From an uncultured Acidimicrobiales bacterium (GTDB lineage Bacteria > Actinomycetota > Acidimicrobiia > Acidimicrobiales > DATKAS01), in NCBI GenBank assembly GCA_963708175.1, contig CAVPSD010000017.1, forward strand, positions 23,073 through 87,072: a stretch of DNA of 64,000 nucleotides, read 5' to 3'. Both the position numbers and the translations under genes were made by a program. Below are positions 51,929 to 63,547 of the stretch, in pieces (position 1 is the stretch's first letter; the number at the start of each line of letters is the position of its first letter). The notes beneath the pieces are model-generated. The model was not told the origin of the DNA. It saw nothing but the letters and a program-made list of their open reading frames with translations, and ran no database searches.

Positions 51929-53350
51929 TCAGGCGAGGTTCTCGACGAACCGCTCGAGCTGACGCAGGTTCCGGCACTCGAACACGCCGTCGGTGTGGAT
52001 GCCGTACTCCCCGATGATCGAGTCGCCAGTGTCCCAGTAGGACCGAGGCTCGGGGTTCAGCCAGTACACGTGGCGGGCGCGGTGGCGCATCTCCTTCAGC
52101 ACCCACGACTGCGCCGCGTGGTAGTTGTTCCGCGCGTCGCCGAGCAGGATGAGCGTGGTCTTCGGGCCGACCTCACGCCCCCACTTCTCCCAGAAGACCT
52201 CGAGCGCGTGGCCGTAGTCGCTGTGTCCGTCCACCCAGACGACGTCGGCTTCGGTGTTCACGCGGTGGACCGCTTCGGTGATGTCCTCGACGCCCTCGAA
52301 GTAGCTCGTGACCTCGTCGATGCCGTCGATGAACACGAACGCACGGACCTTCGAGAACTGGTTGCTGATCGCGTACACGAGGTGCAGGGTGAAGCGGGCG
52401 AAAGCGGCCACCGACCCGGAGATGTCGGCGACGACCATGATCTCGGGCTTGGCCGGGCGCGGGTAGCGGAACTTCGGTTCGGCTGGCACGCCCCCGTACG
52501 AGAGTGAGTGGCGAACCGTGTTGCGGAAGTCGAGCGGGCCCTTACGCCCGTGCCGGCGCTTGCGCGCCAGACGCACTGCGAGCTTGCGCGTCAGCGGGTA
52601 GAGCGCCCGCCGCAGCGCTGCCATCTCGTCACGGGACGCGTGCATGAAGTCGACGTCCTCGGGCAGCGGCTTGCGCAAGGTCTTCGCCATCGCCTCGACC
52701 CCGCGATCGGCGACCAGACGACGCCGGATCTCGGCCTCGATCTCCTTCTTCAGCAGGTCGATCCGCGTCTCGAACTCGTCGCGCTCGAGGCGCTCCTCGA
52801 GCGCGGTCATCTCGCCGCCGACCTCCTGGCGAGCCGCCTCCATCAGCTTCTCGAGCATCCCGTCGAGGTCGAGGTTCCGCAGCGTGCGGTACAAGTAGTA
52901 CGTGCCGCCCACAGGGCGACCTGGCTCCATGCCCGCGTAGCGGCTCACCGCTTGCCGGGCGAGCGCACGCATCATCGCCTCGTCCGCATTCAGCAGCGCT
53001 CGGTACAGCATCTCGGCGAGCTGCTCGGGAGTGAGCTGCTCCATCGCGCCACCGGGGCCACCCTGCTGCTGCTTGCCGGGCTGCATCTCACCCCACTGGT
53101 CGCCGTCGCCCTCTCCGTCCACCGCGAATTCCGGGCCGCGCAGCGAGAAGTACACCTCGAACACGGTCTCGAACGCGCGCCAGTGGGCGTTGTTCTTCAC
53201 GAGCGTGGCGCCGAGCGCGTACTTGAACGCGTCGCGGTCCTCGATCGGGATGTGCTTGACCGCCTCCATCGCGTCGAGGTTCTCGGTCAACGACACCGGA
53301 AGTCCTGCCGCACGGAGCTCCTGGATGAACCCGCCCAGCAGGTCGAGCAC
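51929..53350 (-). CDS. VWA domain-containing CoxE-like protein
   Basis: N-terminus FIQELRAAGLPVSLTENLDAMEAV. The C-terminal VWA domain has the MIDAS-like VVADISGS motif, and ends in WLNPEP..W.TGDS. Confidence 0.8.
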   Translation of the reverse strand: MLDLLGGFIQELRAAGLPVSLTENLDAMEAVKHIPIEDRDAFKYALGATLVKNNAHWRAFETVFEVYFSLRGPEFAVDGEGDGDQWGEMQPGKQQQGGPGGAMEQLTPEQLAEMLYRALLNADEAMMRALARQAVSRYAGMEPGRPVGGTYYLYRTLRNLDLDGMLEKLMEAARQEVGGEMTALEERLERDEFETRIDLLKKEIEAEIRRRLVADRGVEAMAKTLRKPLPEDVDFMHASRDEMAALRRALYPLTRKLAVRLARKRRHGRKGPLDFRNTVRHSLSYGGVPAEPKFRYPRPAKPEIMVVADISGSVAAFARFTLHLVYAISNQFSKVRAFVFIDGIDEVTSYFEGVEDITEAVHRVNTEADVVWVDGHSDYGHALEVFWEKWGREVGPKTTLILLGDARNNYHAAQSWVLKEMRHRARHVYWLNPEPRSYWDTGDSIIGEYGIHTDGVFECRNLRQLERFVENLA

Positions 53351-53351
53351 G

Positions 53352-54311
53352 TCAGGCCTCGCCGCGGATGACCGGCATCGACGTCAGGCGCGTCGTGTTC
53401 CAGTCGTACATCGACCAACCGAGCGCACCCTGCTCCTGAGCGCCGCGCACCATGCCCCTGATCTCGTCGTCAGTGGCGGTGTTCGCGATGCCCCCGATCG
53501 GGTGCACGATCGCGCCCGGGTTGTTGATGTGCTGGCGGATGAGCGTGATGTTGTCGACGGTGTAGCGATAGCCGTCGTGGTAGCCGGAGGCCTGCGTGCG
53601 GCCCGTCCAGTAGTTCATCGGCATCCACACGTTGTAGTAAGGCGCGAGGTCCGCCCACGGGAAGGCGGGCCAGAAGTTCACGTTGATGATGTCCATCACG
53701 ACCGGCGGCACCACGATGGCCGAGAGCACCGACGTGCCCGTCTGCGCGCGCAGCCGACGCGAGAGATCCACCAAACGAGCGCTGCGATCGGCGACGTCCG
53801 GGACGACGCGCGACTCGATGTCGACGCCGATGCCGTCGAGCGTCTGGCCATTCACCTGGAAGTTGAACATCGCCATGAGGTGCTGCAGGTCACGGTCGAC
53901 GTTCGTGAGCGTCGGGAGGTACCAGCCGACGACGTTGATGCCGTAGCTGTGCGCCGTGGTGACCCACTGGCCGACGAGCGCGGGATCGATGAGATCGCCC
54001 GGCGAGCGCGGGTCTTCCTTCGCCACCTGGAGGTACACCGTCTTCACGCCCTGCTGGGCCATGCTCACGAGCACGTCCGTGTGCAGAGGCGCGGGCTGAC
54101 CGGTGGTCTGGTAGCCGTCGACGTAGTCGTAGGCGTCGACCCACGCGCCGACGCCCTGATAGGGCAGGTAGTCCGGGTGCCAGGTGCCGTTCACATCCGG
54201 CCGGATGCCCGGAGGGGGGAGGCACGCGCTGACGACGCATGCGACCGCAACGAGGAGCGCGAGCAGCCCGAGGCGCAGCTTCGCGCTCTGGCGGCTAGCT
54301 CTTGCCAGCAT
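53352..54311 (-). CDS. Lipoprotein with a TIM-barrel glycoside-hydrolase-like domain
   Basis: Signal peptide plus lipobox (LLVAVACVVSAC). The beta/alpha pattern GAWVDAYDY, GVKTVYLQV, INVVGWY and GIGVDIE resembles putative glycoside hydrolase (DUF4015/GHL-type) families. Assignment is tentative. Confidence 0.5.
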   Translation of the reverse strand: MLARASRQSAKLRLGLLALLVAVACVVSACLPPPGIRPDVNGTWHPDYLPYQGVGAWVDAYDYVDGYQTTGQPAPLHTDVLVSMAQQGVKTVYLQVAKEDPRSPGDLIDPALVGQWVTTAHSYGINVVGWYLPTLTNVDRDLQHLMAMFNFQVNGQTLDGIGVDIESRVVPDVADRSARLVDLSRRLRAQTGTSVLSAIVVPPVVMDIINVNFWPAFPWADLAPYYNVWMPMNYWTGRTQASGYHDGYRYTVDNITLIRQHINNPGAIVHPIGGIANTATDDEIRGMVRGAQEQGALGWSMYDWNTTRLTSMPVIRGEA

Positions 54312-55227
54312 CGATCGACAGCTCCTTGGCGGCCTTCGCGATGTCGGTCTGGTACTTCAACAAGATGTGCAACGTCTCCTTCGCTTGCTGCGCGTCGATC
54401 GAGTCGATGCCGAGCAGCACGAGCGTGCGCGCCCAATCAAGCGTCTCTGAGACGGACGGGGCCTTCTTCAGCTCGAGCTGGCGAATCGAGCGAACGATGC
54501 GCGCGACCTGATCAGCGAGGTTCTCGCTGATGTCAGGCACCTTGGTCAGGACGATCTCCTTCTCGCGGTCGAGGTCGGGGTAGTCGACGTGGAGATACAG
54601 GCAGCGCCGCTTGAGCGCTTCGGACAGCTCTCGGGTGTTGTTCGACGTCAAGAACACGAGCGGGATCTGTGTCGCGCTCACGGTGCCGAGCTCAGGGATC
54701 GACACCTGATAGTCGGACAGGATCTCGAGGAGCAGGGCTTCGGTCTCGATCTCGACGCGATCGACCTCGTCGACGAGCAGCACGACCGGCTCGCTCGCGC
54801 GGATGGCCTCGAGCAGCGGGCGGGTGAGCAGGAACTCCTCGCTGAAGATGTCGTCGTGGAGGTCGGTCCAGCCCTCCGACTGGCGGTCGGCCTGGATCCG
54901 CAGCAGCTGCTTCTTGTAGTTCCACTCGTAGAGCGCCTTGCTCTCGTCGAGGCCCTCGTAGCACTGCAGGCGGATCAGGCGGGCGCCGGTGAACTCGGCG
55001 ACGGACTTCGCGAGCTGCGTCTTGCCGGTGCCCGCGGGCCCTTCGATCAGGACCGGCTTCTGCAGCCGATCGGCCAAGTAGACAACTCCGGCGATGCCCT
55101 CGTCGGCCAGGTAGTGCACGTCGCGCAGACCCTGACGCACCTCGGGGACCGAGTCGAAGCGATAGGCAGTTCCGGAGGACATTCCGGGAAGCGTACCGGT
55201 CCGCTTGACCGCGGGGTCAATCACCAT
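54295..55227 (-). CDS. MoxR-like AAA+ ATPase (CoxD-like)
   Basis: Walker A GPAGTGKT, Walker B LLVDEVDR, and ALLEILSDYQVSIPELG. The start is ATG at 55227 or ATG at 55182. Confidence 0.85.
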   Translation of the reverse strand: MVIDPAVKRTGTLPGMSSGTAYRFDSVPEVRQGLRDVHYLADEGIAGVVYLADRLQKPVLIEGPAGTGKTQLAKSVAEFTGARLIRLQCYEGLDESKALYEWNYKKQLLRIQADRQSEGWTDLHDDIFSEEFLLTRPLLEAIRASEPVVLLVDEVDRVEIETEALLLEILSDYQVSIPELGTVSATQIPLVFLTSNNTRELSEALKRRCLYLHVDYPDLDREKEIVLTKVPDISENLADQVARIVRSIRQLELKKAPSVSETLDWARTLVLLGIDSIDAQQAKETLHILLKYQTDIAKAAKELSIDAGKS

Positions 55228-55262
55228 GCTCTGATCAGGTATGACCCGGCGACCCGCCCGAG

Positions 55263-56429
55263 ATGCCGCGCATCGCGGTCGCAGTCGTCTTCTTCGCGAA
55301 CGGAGCGCTGTTCGCCAACGTCATCCCGCGCTATCCCGAGATCCGCAACGACCTCGGGCTGAGCAACGCAGCGCTCGGCACCGCGATCGCGGCTTTCCCC
55401 CTCGGCGCGCTCGTCGCCGGGCTCTTCGCGGCGCCGCTGATCCAGCGCTTCGGGTCGGCGAAGGTGACCATCGTGGGCGTCGTGACGCTTGCCACGGCCA
55501 TGGCCCTCGTCGGGTTCGCTCCGACCTGGGCGGCGCTCGCCGGGATCTTCCTCGTCGCCGGCGGGGTCGACGCGATCGTGGACGTGGCCATGAACGCGCA
55601 CGGACTCAGGATCCAGCGTGTCTACGGCCGCTCGATCGTGAACTCCTTCCACGGCATCTGGAGCATCGGTGCGGTCGCCGGCGGGTTGATGGGAGCGGCG
55701 ACGATCGCCCTCGGGATCCCCCTCGAGAGGGCTCTCGTCGCGTCGTCGATCTTCTTCGGGGTCATAGCGCTCGTTTGCTACCGCTCCATGCTCTCGGGTC
55801 CCGACGACACCGAGCGCACTCAGCACCGGCGCGGCACCATCAGGTCGTCGACGATCCGCACCCTCGCGGCACTCGGAGTGCTCGCAGCGTGCGGCGCCGT
55901 CGTGGAAGACGCGGGCGCGTCGTGGGGCGCGATCTACATGAAGGACGACCTCGGCACCGCCGCTGCGGCCGCGGCGCTGGCGTTCGTCGCGCTGCAGACT
56001 GCGATGACGGTCGGCCGGCTCACCGGCGATCGTGTCGTCGACCGCTTCGGCCAGCGAACCGTCGTGCGGACCGGTGGCGCGCTCACCGCGATCTCGATGG
56101 GGCTGGCGCTCGCCTTCCCCTCCCCCGCGAGCACGATCATCGGCTTCCTGCTCGCCGGGCTCGGCGTCGCGACCCTCGTCCCCGCGGCGATGCACACGGG
56201 CGACGAGCTGCCTGGGCTCCCCGCGGGCGTCGGACTCACCGTCGTGAGCGTGCTGTTGCGCGTCGGGTTCCTCGCGTCACCGCCACTTGTCGGCGTCACC
56301 GCAGATGCCATCAGCCTGCGCGTCGGGCTGCTGGGCGTCGTGCTCGCCGGCACGATCGTCGTGTTCTTCAGCCCCGTGCTGCTCGAGCACAACCCCACCT
56401 CCGAGTGTGTGCACTCGAGCGCGTCATAG
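55263..56429 (+). CDS. MFS transporter
   Basis: 388 aa with about 12 hydrophobic segments. Loop motifs PLIQRFG and GRLTGDRVVDRFGQR are typical of the MFS 2-3 and 8-9 loops. Confidence 0.8.
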   Translation: MPRIAVAVVFFANGALFANVIPRYPEIRNDLGLSNAALGTAIAAFPLGALVAGLFAAPLIQRFGSAKVTIVGVVTLATAMALVGFAPTWAALAGIFLVAGGVDAIVDVAMNAHGLRIQRVYGRSIVNSFHGIWSIGAVAGGLMGAATIALGIPLERALVASSIFFGVIALVCYRSMLSGPDDTERTQHRRGTIRSSTIRTLAALGVLAACGAVVEDAGASWGAIYMKDDLGTAAAAAALAFVALQTAMTVGRLTGDRVVDRFGQRTVVRTGGALTAISMGLALAFPSPASTIIGFLLAGLGVATLVPAAMHTGDELPGLPAGVGLTVVSVLLRVGFLASPPLVGVTADAISLRVGLLGVVLAGTIVVFFSPVLLEHNPTSECVHSSAS

Positions 56430-56448
56430 TGCCCCGGGTGCACACACT
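56404..56448. terminator. 11-bp perfect inverted repeat AGTGTGTGCAC-n23-GTGCACACACT spanning the MFS gene stop at a convergent junction
   Basis: Read directly. The left arm lies in the last codons of the MFS gene and the right arm in the spacer before the proA stop (56470). Confidence 0.4.
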
Positions 56449-56469
56449 GGCGGGTCGGGGCGTGGCGGG

Positions 56470-57717
56470 TCAGCTGCGGATCTGGCCGTCTCCTTCGATC
56501 ACCCACTTCAGGGTGGTGAGCTCACGCAAGCCCATCGGGCCCCGTGCGTGGAGCTTCTGGGTCGAGATCCCGATCTCCGCTCCGAAGCCCAGCTCTTCGC
56601 CGTCGACGAAGCGCGTCGACGCGTTCACGAGCACGGCCGCGGCGTCGACTTCGCGCGTGAAGCGCCCAGCGGCGTCGACCGACCCCGTCAGGATCGCCTC
56701 GGAATGGCCGGAACCGAACCGGGTGATGTGCTCGATCGCCTCGTCGACCGAGTCGACGACCCGCACCGCGAGCTTGAGCGCGAGGAACTCCGTCGCGTAG
56801 TCCTCGTCGGTCGCGAGACCGACACGATCCGGGCCGAGGATCTCGCGCGTCGCGCCGTCACCGACGAGCTCGACCCCCTCGAGCCCGCGCACCACGCGTT
56901 CGAGGAACGGCCCGGCAATCGAGCGGTGCACGAGCAACGACTCGGCGGCGTTGCAGACCGAGGGCCGCTGCACCTTCGCGTTCACGACGATCTCCGCGGC
57001 CTTCGGGAGGTTGGCGGTGGCGTCGACGTAGATGTGACAGTTGCCGTCCCCGTCGATCACATACGGCACGGTCGCGTGCTGCAGCACGCTCGCGATCAGC
57101 GATGGCCCGCCACGAGGGATGAGGCAGTCGATGATGCCGCGCATCTGCATGAACTCGATGGCCGCGTCATGGCTGGTGTCCTCGACGAGCACGACGCTGT
57201 CCTCTGGCAACCCGGCCTTGACGAAACCGTCCCGCAGGGCAGAAACGATCGCGATGTTCGACGAGATCGCACCCGAGGACCCACGAAGGAACGCCGCGTT
57301 CCCCGACTTCACGCACAGCCCTGCGGCGTCGCTCGTGACGTTCGGCCGGTTCTCGTACACGATCGCGATGACGCCGAGCGGCACCCGCACGCGGCGCACT
57401 CGCAGCCCGTTCGGACGAACCCAGCCATCGGCGACCTCGCCGACCGGATCGGGAAGAGCGGCGACCTTGCGGAGGCCTTGCGCCATGGACTCGATCCGGG
57501 CAGGCGTGAGACGCAGCCGGTCCACGATGGTCGGCGACGAGCCGGCGGCTGCTGCCCGCTCCACGTCGACCTGGTTGGCCGCAAGCACCTCTTCTTGACG
57601 CTCGACCAGGAGATCGGCGGCCGCGTGGAGGCCGGCGTCCTTGGCCTCGCTGGACAGCCCCGCGAGCACCCGTGACGCGGCCTTGGCCCGCACGCCGAGG
57701 TCGTGCATGGGTGACAT
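56470..57717 (-). CDS. proA: Glutamate-5-semialdehyde dehydrogenase (gamma-glutamyl phosphate reductase)
   Basis: ATG at 57717 (MSPMHDLGVRAKAAS). Contains VIAIVYENRPNVT, RGSS, the catalytic NAKVQRPSVCNAAESLLVH, and GHSEAI. Confidence 0.93.
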   Translation of the reverse strand: MSPMHDLGVRAKAASRVLAGLSSEAKDAGLHAAADLLVERQEEVLAANQVDVERAAAAGSSPTIVDRLRLTPARIESMAQGLRKVAALPDPVGEVADGWVRPNGLRVRRVRVPLGVIAIVYENRPNVTSDAAGLCVKSGNAAFLRGSSGAISSNIAIVSALRDGFVKAGLPEDSVVLVEDTSHDAAIEFMQMRGIIDCLIPRGGPSLIASVLQHATVPYVIDGDGNCHIYVDATANLPKAAEIVVNAKVQRPSVCNAAESLLVHRSIAGPFLERVVRGLEGVELVGDGATREILGPDRVGLATDEDYATEFLALKLAVRVVDSVDEAIEHITRFGSGHSEAILTGSVDAAGRFTREVDAAAVLVNASTRFVDGEELGFGAEIGISTQKLHARGPMGLRELTTLKWVIEGDGQIRS

Positions 57718-57751
57718 CCCATCAAGGCTACGTGCCAATAGGGTCCCCTCG

Positions 57752-58372
57752 ATGACTCGGCGGTGGCTCGCGCTCGGCGCGATCGTGCTCGGCGCGGCGG
57801 TTCCTGCGGCGGCCTGTTCTGACGACGCATCGGTGACGGTCGCAACCGATGCGCCGACGACCGCAGGCGCGAGCACGAGCGAGGGTCCTGGCACCACCGT
57901 GGTGCCGGCGGTCGATCCCGTCTCGGGCAACACGGTCGATCCGTGCTCACTCTTGACGACCGACGAGATCGGGTCGGCACTGCAGGTGCCGGTCGGCGGT
58001 CCTGTGGCGGGTCCCCAGGGCAACCTGCCCAACCCGCTCGGCCAGCGCACGTGCACGTGGTCCACGAACGAGTCGCCGCCGCGTTCAGTCTCGGTCTCGG
58101 TGGTCACCACGCAGAGCGCGTCGCTCGGCGGTGCGTCGGGCGGCGACTACACGGCTCGACAGCTCTTCGAGGACACGAAGCCACTCGCCGAAGGAGTCGA
58201 GCCCCTGCCCGGCCTCGGCGACGACGCGTTCTTCGGAGCCGTCGCGGGGATGCAGGTGTCGGTCCTGAAGGGAGACACCTACATGTCGGTGACAGTGCCG
58301 TTCGGGATCAGCGAGGGTGACGCCGCCGCGGTGCGTGCGCTCGCCCCGATCGCGGTCAGCCGCTTGCCCTAG
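57752..58372 (+). CDS. DUF3558 family lipoprotein
   Basis: Signal peptide with lipobox (AAVPAAAC), a Thr/Pro linker, then VDPCSLLTTDEI and a second conserved Cys (RTCTW). Confidence 0.75.
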   Translation: MTRRWLALGAIVLGAAVPAAACSDDASVTVATDAPTTAGASTSEGPGTTVVPAVDPVSGNTVDPCSLLTTDEIGSALQVPVGGPVAGPQGNLPNPLGQRTCTWSTNESPPRSVSVSVVTTQSASLGGASGGDYTARQLFEDTKPLAEGVEPLPGLGDDAFFGAVAGMQVSVLKGDTYMSVTVPFGISEGDAAAVRALAPIAVSRLP

Positions 58373-58382
58373 GCCCGAGGCC

Positions 58383-58931
58383 CTAGGCCTCGTCGATCAG
58401 CCCGACATCCCCGTCGGCGCGGCGGTAGACGACAGCGGCCTTGCCCGTCTCCGAGTTCGAGAAGAAGAAGAACGAGTGGCCGAGCAGCTCCATCTGGAGC
58501 GCGGCCTCGTCGGGCGGCATCGGCTTCATCTCGAAGCGCTTCACCTTGACGATGTTCGAATCTCCGGTGTCGCCGCCCGCGTCGGCCGCGGCCGCTGCCT
58601 TGCCGTTGACCGCGGGACGACTTCCGTGACTCCGACGCACGAGCTTCGTCTTCAACCGCGACAGCTGGTGCTCGAGCTTCGCCACCGCGAGGTCGACCGC
58701 GGCGAACTGATCGGGCGCTGCGACCTTCGCGCGCACATGATGGCCGTGGCCTTCGAGCGTGACCTCGCACACCTCGCGGTCGGCGATGCGAGGGTTCCGC
58801 TCCTCGCTGAAATGGACATCCGCGTGATCCATGCCGTCGAGAAACCGGTCGAGACGCCCGATCTTCTCGGTCACCGCCTGTCGCAACGTCGGGGAGACGT
58901 CGGCGTGACGGCTGCTCATGGTGATGTCCAC
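58383..58931 (-). CDS. hpf: Ribosome hibernation promoting factor, long form
   Basis: The GTG at 58931 gives VDITMSSRHADVSPTLRQAVTEKIGRLDRF. The C-terminal dimerisation domain is IVKVKRFEMKPMPPDEAALQMELLGHSFFFF. Confidence 0.9.
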   Translation of the reverse strand: MDITMSSRHADVSPTLRQAVTEKIGRLDRFLDGMDHADVHFSEERNPRIADREVCEVTLEGHGHHVRAKVAAPDQFAAVDLAVAKLEHQLSRLKTKLVRRSHGSRPAVNGKAAAAADAGGDTGDSNIVKVKRFEMKPMPPDEAALQMELLGHSFFFFSNSETGKAAVVYRRADGDVGLIDEA

Positions 58932-59542
58932 GGGCCGCTCCTCGTTGGTGGGGGGAGGCCGAGTGTACGTGGCGTCGCTGCGGCGGCGACCCCGAAGACG
59001 CGACTTGCTCCCGCAGCTCGCAAGGCGCGGGCCGCGGCGCTCATCGTCGATCCCGAGGTGACGACGTCGTCGACGAGCAGGACCGCAGCATCGTGCAGGA
59101 GGCAGGCAGGTCGCAGATCGGGCCCGAGCCGACGCTCGGCGAGTGCGCGGCCGGTCTGAGGTGACCCGGGGTCGCGGCGGAGGAGGCGACGGCACGGCAG
59201 GCCGAGACGGGCGGCGATCGCGCGAGCGAGAAGCTCGGCCTGGTCGAAGCCGCGGGTGCGCACGCGAGGCGAGGTCGTGGGAACCCAGGTCACGACGTCG
59301 ACCTCCGCACACGCACGCGCCGCCATCGCCGAGGCGAGCTGTGCGAGCCCGCCGCGGGCGTTGCGGTACTTCAGGCCACCGATGACCTGGCGGGCGGCGC
59401 CCTCATACGCGAGGACCGCCTGCAGACCATCGAGACCGCTCGGGACTGCGACCGTGGCGGGCGGCTTCAGCAACCCGGCACAACGAGCACAGACGCCCCG
59501 ATCGGGGCGTCTGCACACAGGACATCGAGAGGCGAGCAGCAC
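58916..59542 (-). CDS. comF: ComF family phosphoribosyltransferase-domain protein
   Basis: N-terminal Cys pairs CPVCRRP..CARC and the PRTase motif VLLVDDVVTSGST. It overlaps the hpf start by 16 nt. Confidence 0.82.
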   Translation of the reverse strand: MLLASRCPVCRRPDRGVCARCAGLLKPPATVAVPSGLDGLQAVLAYEGAARQVIGGLKYRNARGGLAQLASAMAARACAEVDVVTWVPTTSPRVRTRGFDQAELLARAIAARLGLPCRRLLRRDPGSPQTGRALAERRLGPDLRPACLLHDAAVLLVDDVVTSGSTMSAAARALRAAGASRVFGVAAAATPRTLGLPPPTRSGPWTSP

Positions 59543-59573
59543 ACGCGGCCGTTAGCCGACCGCTGTGACGGGC

Positions 59574-60137
59574 TCAGCCGGCGTCGGTCGTCTCGATGCC
59601 GCACACCTGGGTGAGGTACGCCTGGACCCGGGCGCTGGCATCGGTGACCTCTTGGCTGTCGAAGCTCTCGAGCTTGGCGAGCGCCTCGGGGTCCTGGGCG
59701 AGCTTGGTGAAGTCGTAGTCCGCTGACTCGAACACCTCGACGAGCGAGTCGAGCGCCGCCTTGACGGTGTTGACGTCCGCCTTGATCTCATCCGGCGCGC
59801 TCGAAGCGAGCTGGTCGAGGGCGTCTTGCGCCTGGTTGAACGAGTCCTCGATCGCCGCGGGATCATCGGCCGCGAACGACTGGTCGCCGAAGAGCTGATC
59901 GAACTCCTGCGCCTGGCCGCAGAACTCACCGCCACCCGAGCCCGAGAAGTCTGGGACCTCGGTCGTGTCGGCCGAGCCCGACCCAGAGCCGGTGTCCGAG
60001 CTCGCCGCGGGTGCTTCGGAGCCAGAGCTTCCGGAGCTCTCGGCCGGGGCCGTGAGACTCCCTCCGTCGTCCCCGCATGCGGCGAGGCCCACGACGAAAG
60101 CGGCGGCGAACAGGAGGGCAAGAGGCTTCCGGAGCAT
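59574..60137 (-). CDS. Hypothetical lipoprotein
   Basis: ATG at 60137 gives MLRKPLALLFAAAFVVGLAACGDD (lipobox). A Ser/Gly-rich linker is followed by a helical acidic domain. The upstream part of track ORF 59574..60698 is junk. Confidence 0.6.
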   Translation of the reverse strand: MLRKPLALLFAAAFVVGLAACGDDGGSLTAPAESSGSSGSEAPAASSDTGSGSGSADTTEVPDFSGSGGGEFCGQAQEFDQLFGDQSFAADDPAAIEDSFNQAQDALDQLASSAPDEIKADVNTVKAALDSLVEVFESADYDFTKLAQDPEALAKLESFDSQEVTDASARVQAYLTQVCGIETTDAG

Positions 60138-60175
60138 GGTTCGAGACGCTAGTGGCCGCAGGTGTCGATTCTGTG

Positions 60176-61006
60176 TCACTCGCCGAATCGAGCGGGCCGA
60201 GGGTTCTGGCTCGTGACGATCTCGTCCGCACGCTCGGACACCGCCGCGAGGAACTCGGGATGCGTCGTGACCCAGAAGCGGCCCTCGAGGATCGCGTCGT
60301 GGACGAGCGCGGCGACCTCGGCCGGATCCATCGCGATCTCGAGCACGCGCTTGAGCATCTCGTTGCGCTCGCGTGCGTCGCCACGAGCCGGAGCAGGGTT
60401 GCGGAGCGCTTCGGGTCGGTTTCGCTGGCTCTCGAAGATGTTCGTGCGCACATAGCCGGGGCACAGCACCGACACACCGACCTCGGCCCCCGCCATCTGC
60501 AGCTCCTTGTGGAGGGTCTCGCTGATCGCGACGACGGCGAACTTGCTCGCGTTGTACGGGCCGATGCCGGCACCCGCGAGCAATCCAGCCACCGATGCGG
60601 TGTTCACGATGTGCCCGCCTTCGGGGTTCTCGAGCAGCATCGGAAGGAACGAGTGCAGACCGTGGATCACGCCCCACAGGTTCACGCCGAGGACCCATTG
60701 CCAGTCAGCGAGCGTCTGGTCGATGATCTGGCCTCCTCCCCCGACACCCGCGTTGTTGCACAGCACGTGCGCAGTCCCGAAGCGGCCTCGCACCTCGTCG
60801 GCCAGCGCTTGCACTGACGCCGCGTCGCTCACGTCGGTGAGCACGCCGACGACCCCGAGCTCGGCCGCGGTCGCGTCGAGCGCGCCCTGCTCGACGTCGG
60901 CGATGACGACGTGCATCCCCGCCTCGACGAACCGTGCCGCCATCGCGCGGCCGATGCCGCTCGCGCCCCCAGTGACCACCGCGACCTTGCCTCCGAGCGC
61001 CCGCAT
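60176..61006 (-). CDS. SDR family oxidoreductase
   Basis: Contains VAVVTGGASGIG, CNNAG, the catalytic YNASKFAV and PGYVRT. Confidence 0.88.
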   Translation of the reverse strand: MRALGGKVAVVTGGASGIGRAMAARFVEAGMHVVIADVEQGALDATAAELGVVGVLTDVSDAASVQALADEVRGRFGTAHVLCNNAGVGGGGQIIDQTLADWQWVLGVNLWGVIHGLHSFLPMLLENPEGGHIVNTASVAGLLAGAGIGPYNASKFAVVAISETLHKELQMAGAEVGVSVLCPGYVRTNIFESQRNRPEALRNPAPARGDARERNEMLKRVLEIAMDPAEVAALVHDAILEGRFWVTTHPEFLAAVSERADEIVTSQNPRPARFGE

Positions 61007-61019
61007 CGACCGGCCGCTT

Positions 61020-62480
<1,461 letters not shown>

Positions 62481-62515
62481 GGCGGCGGAGTCTACGGCCC
62501 GGCCCTCGCAGACCG

Positions 62516-63547
62516 TCACGTACCTGCGAGCGACTCCTTGATGAACTCGAGCGCAGGGATGGGCCCCGGGTCCACACCCGCCTGCTCGGCCATGGCGATC
62601 GACACCAGGTCGCCGTAGAGCACGAGGTCGAAGAGCTGCGCGAGCGGGCCCTCCCCCTCGGCACGGACCTCCTCGATGCCGACAACGACCTCGTCCTCGA
62701 GCGAGCCCACGAGCTCGAACCGCCGGGCGAGATGCGGATGCTCGTGGTCGTGGCGGAGGTTCACGATCGTGAACACCTGCCGGGTCACGTCGCCGTGCTG
62801 GCCCCAGCCGGCGATCTCGTTGTGGCACAGCTCGGGCACTCGGTTGAAGAACGCGGGTGCCTTCGCGTTCTCGTTCACATCGCACTTCCATCGCATCGCG
62901 GCAACCGCGCCGATCGGCCCCGCGCCATAGATCAAGGGAAACGTCCGGCCGATGCGGAGCGCCAACGATTCCGCCGGGTTGCCGGCAGCCACGAGCTGAT
63001 CCCGCCGACGGCTCAGCTGCTCGATCGCGGCCTGCACCCATCCCCGCGCTCCGGGGAACAACCCCATGTGCTCGAGCGCGAGCAACGGTGGCACCACGAG
63101 CGCGCCGAGCCCGGCGCGCGGCATCGGGATGCCGGGAGGGATCTGCAGCACCGGCCGCCCCCACTCCGCGGCCAGCCGCGCGAGCTCGCCTCCTGCGGTC
63201 ACGGCGACGACGTGGGCGCCGAGCGCGGCGGCCTCCGTCGCCGCTTCGAGCGTCTCTTCGGAGTTGCCGGAGAACGAGATCGCGAACACGAGCGTGCGGT
63301 CCCCCACGTAGCCGGGGAGCTCGTAGTCCTTCGAGATCGAGACAGGGATCGGGACGAACGGGCCGGCCACGACCGAGAGCACGTCGCCCGCGATCCCGCT
63401 GCCTCCCATCCCGAGCGCGAGCACGTGGTTCACACGATCGCGATCGGGCAAGCCGTCGATGCCGTGCTCGACCGACGCCGCTGCGTCAGCGACCTGCTCT
63501 GGCAGCGCCAGCGCTGCCGCGCGCATGCCGAGAGTATCGAGCGTCAC
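62516..63547 (-). CDS. Bifunctional phosphoglucose/phosphomannose isomerase (SIS domain)
   Basis: SIS motifs [11 protein letters not shown] and [12 protein letters not shown]. The conserved neighbourhood with trm112-like and pmm genes supports the call. Confidence 0.8.
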   Translation of the reverse strand: MTLDTLGMRAAALALPEQVADAAASVEHGIDGLPDRDRVNHVLALGMGGSGIAGDVLSVVAGPFVPIPVSISKDYELPGYVGDRTLVFAISFSGNSEETLEAATEAAALGAHVVAVTAGGELARLAAEWGRPVLQIPPGIPMPRAGLGALVVPPLLALEHMGLFPGARGWVQAAIEQLSRRRDQLVAAGNPAESLALRIGRTFPLIYGAGPIGAVAAMRWKCDVNENAKAPAFFNRVPELCHNEIAGWGQHGDVTRQVFTIVNLRHDHEHPHLARRFELVGSLEDEVVVGIEEVRAEGEGPLAQLFDLVLYGDLVSIAMAEQAGVDPGPIPALEFIKESLAGT

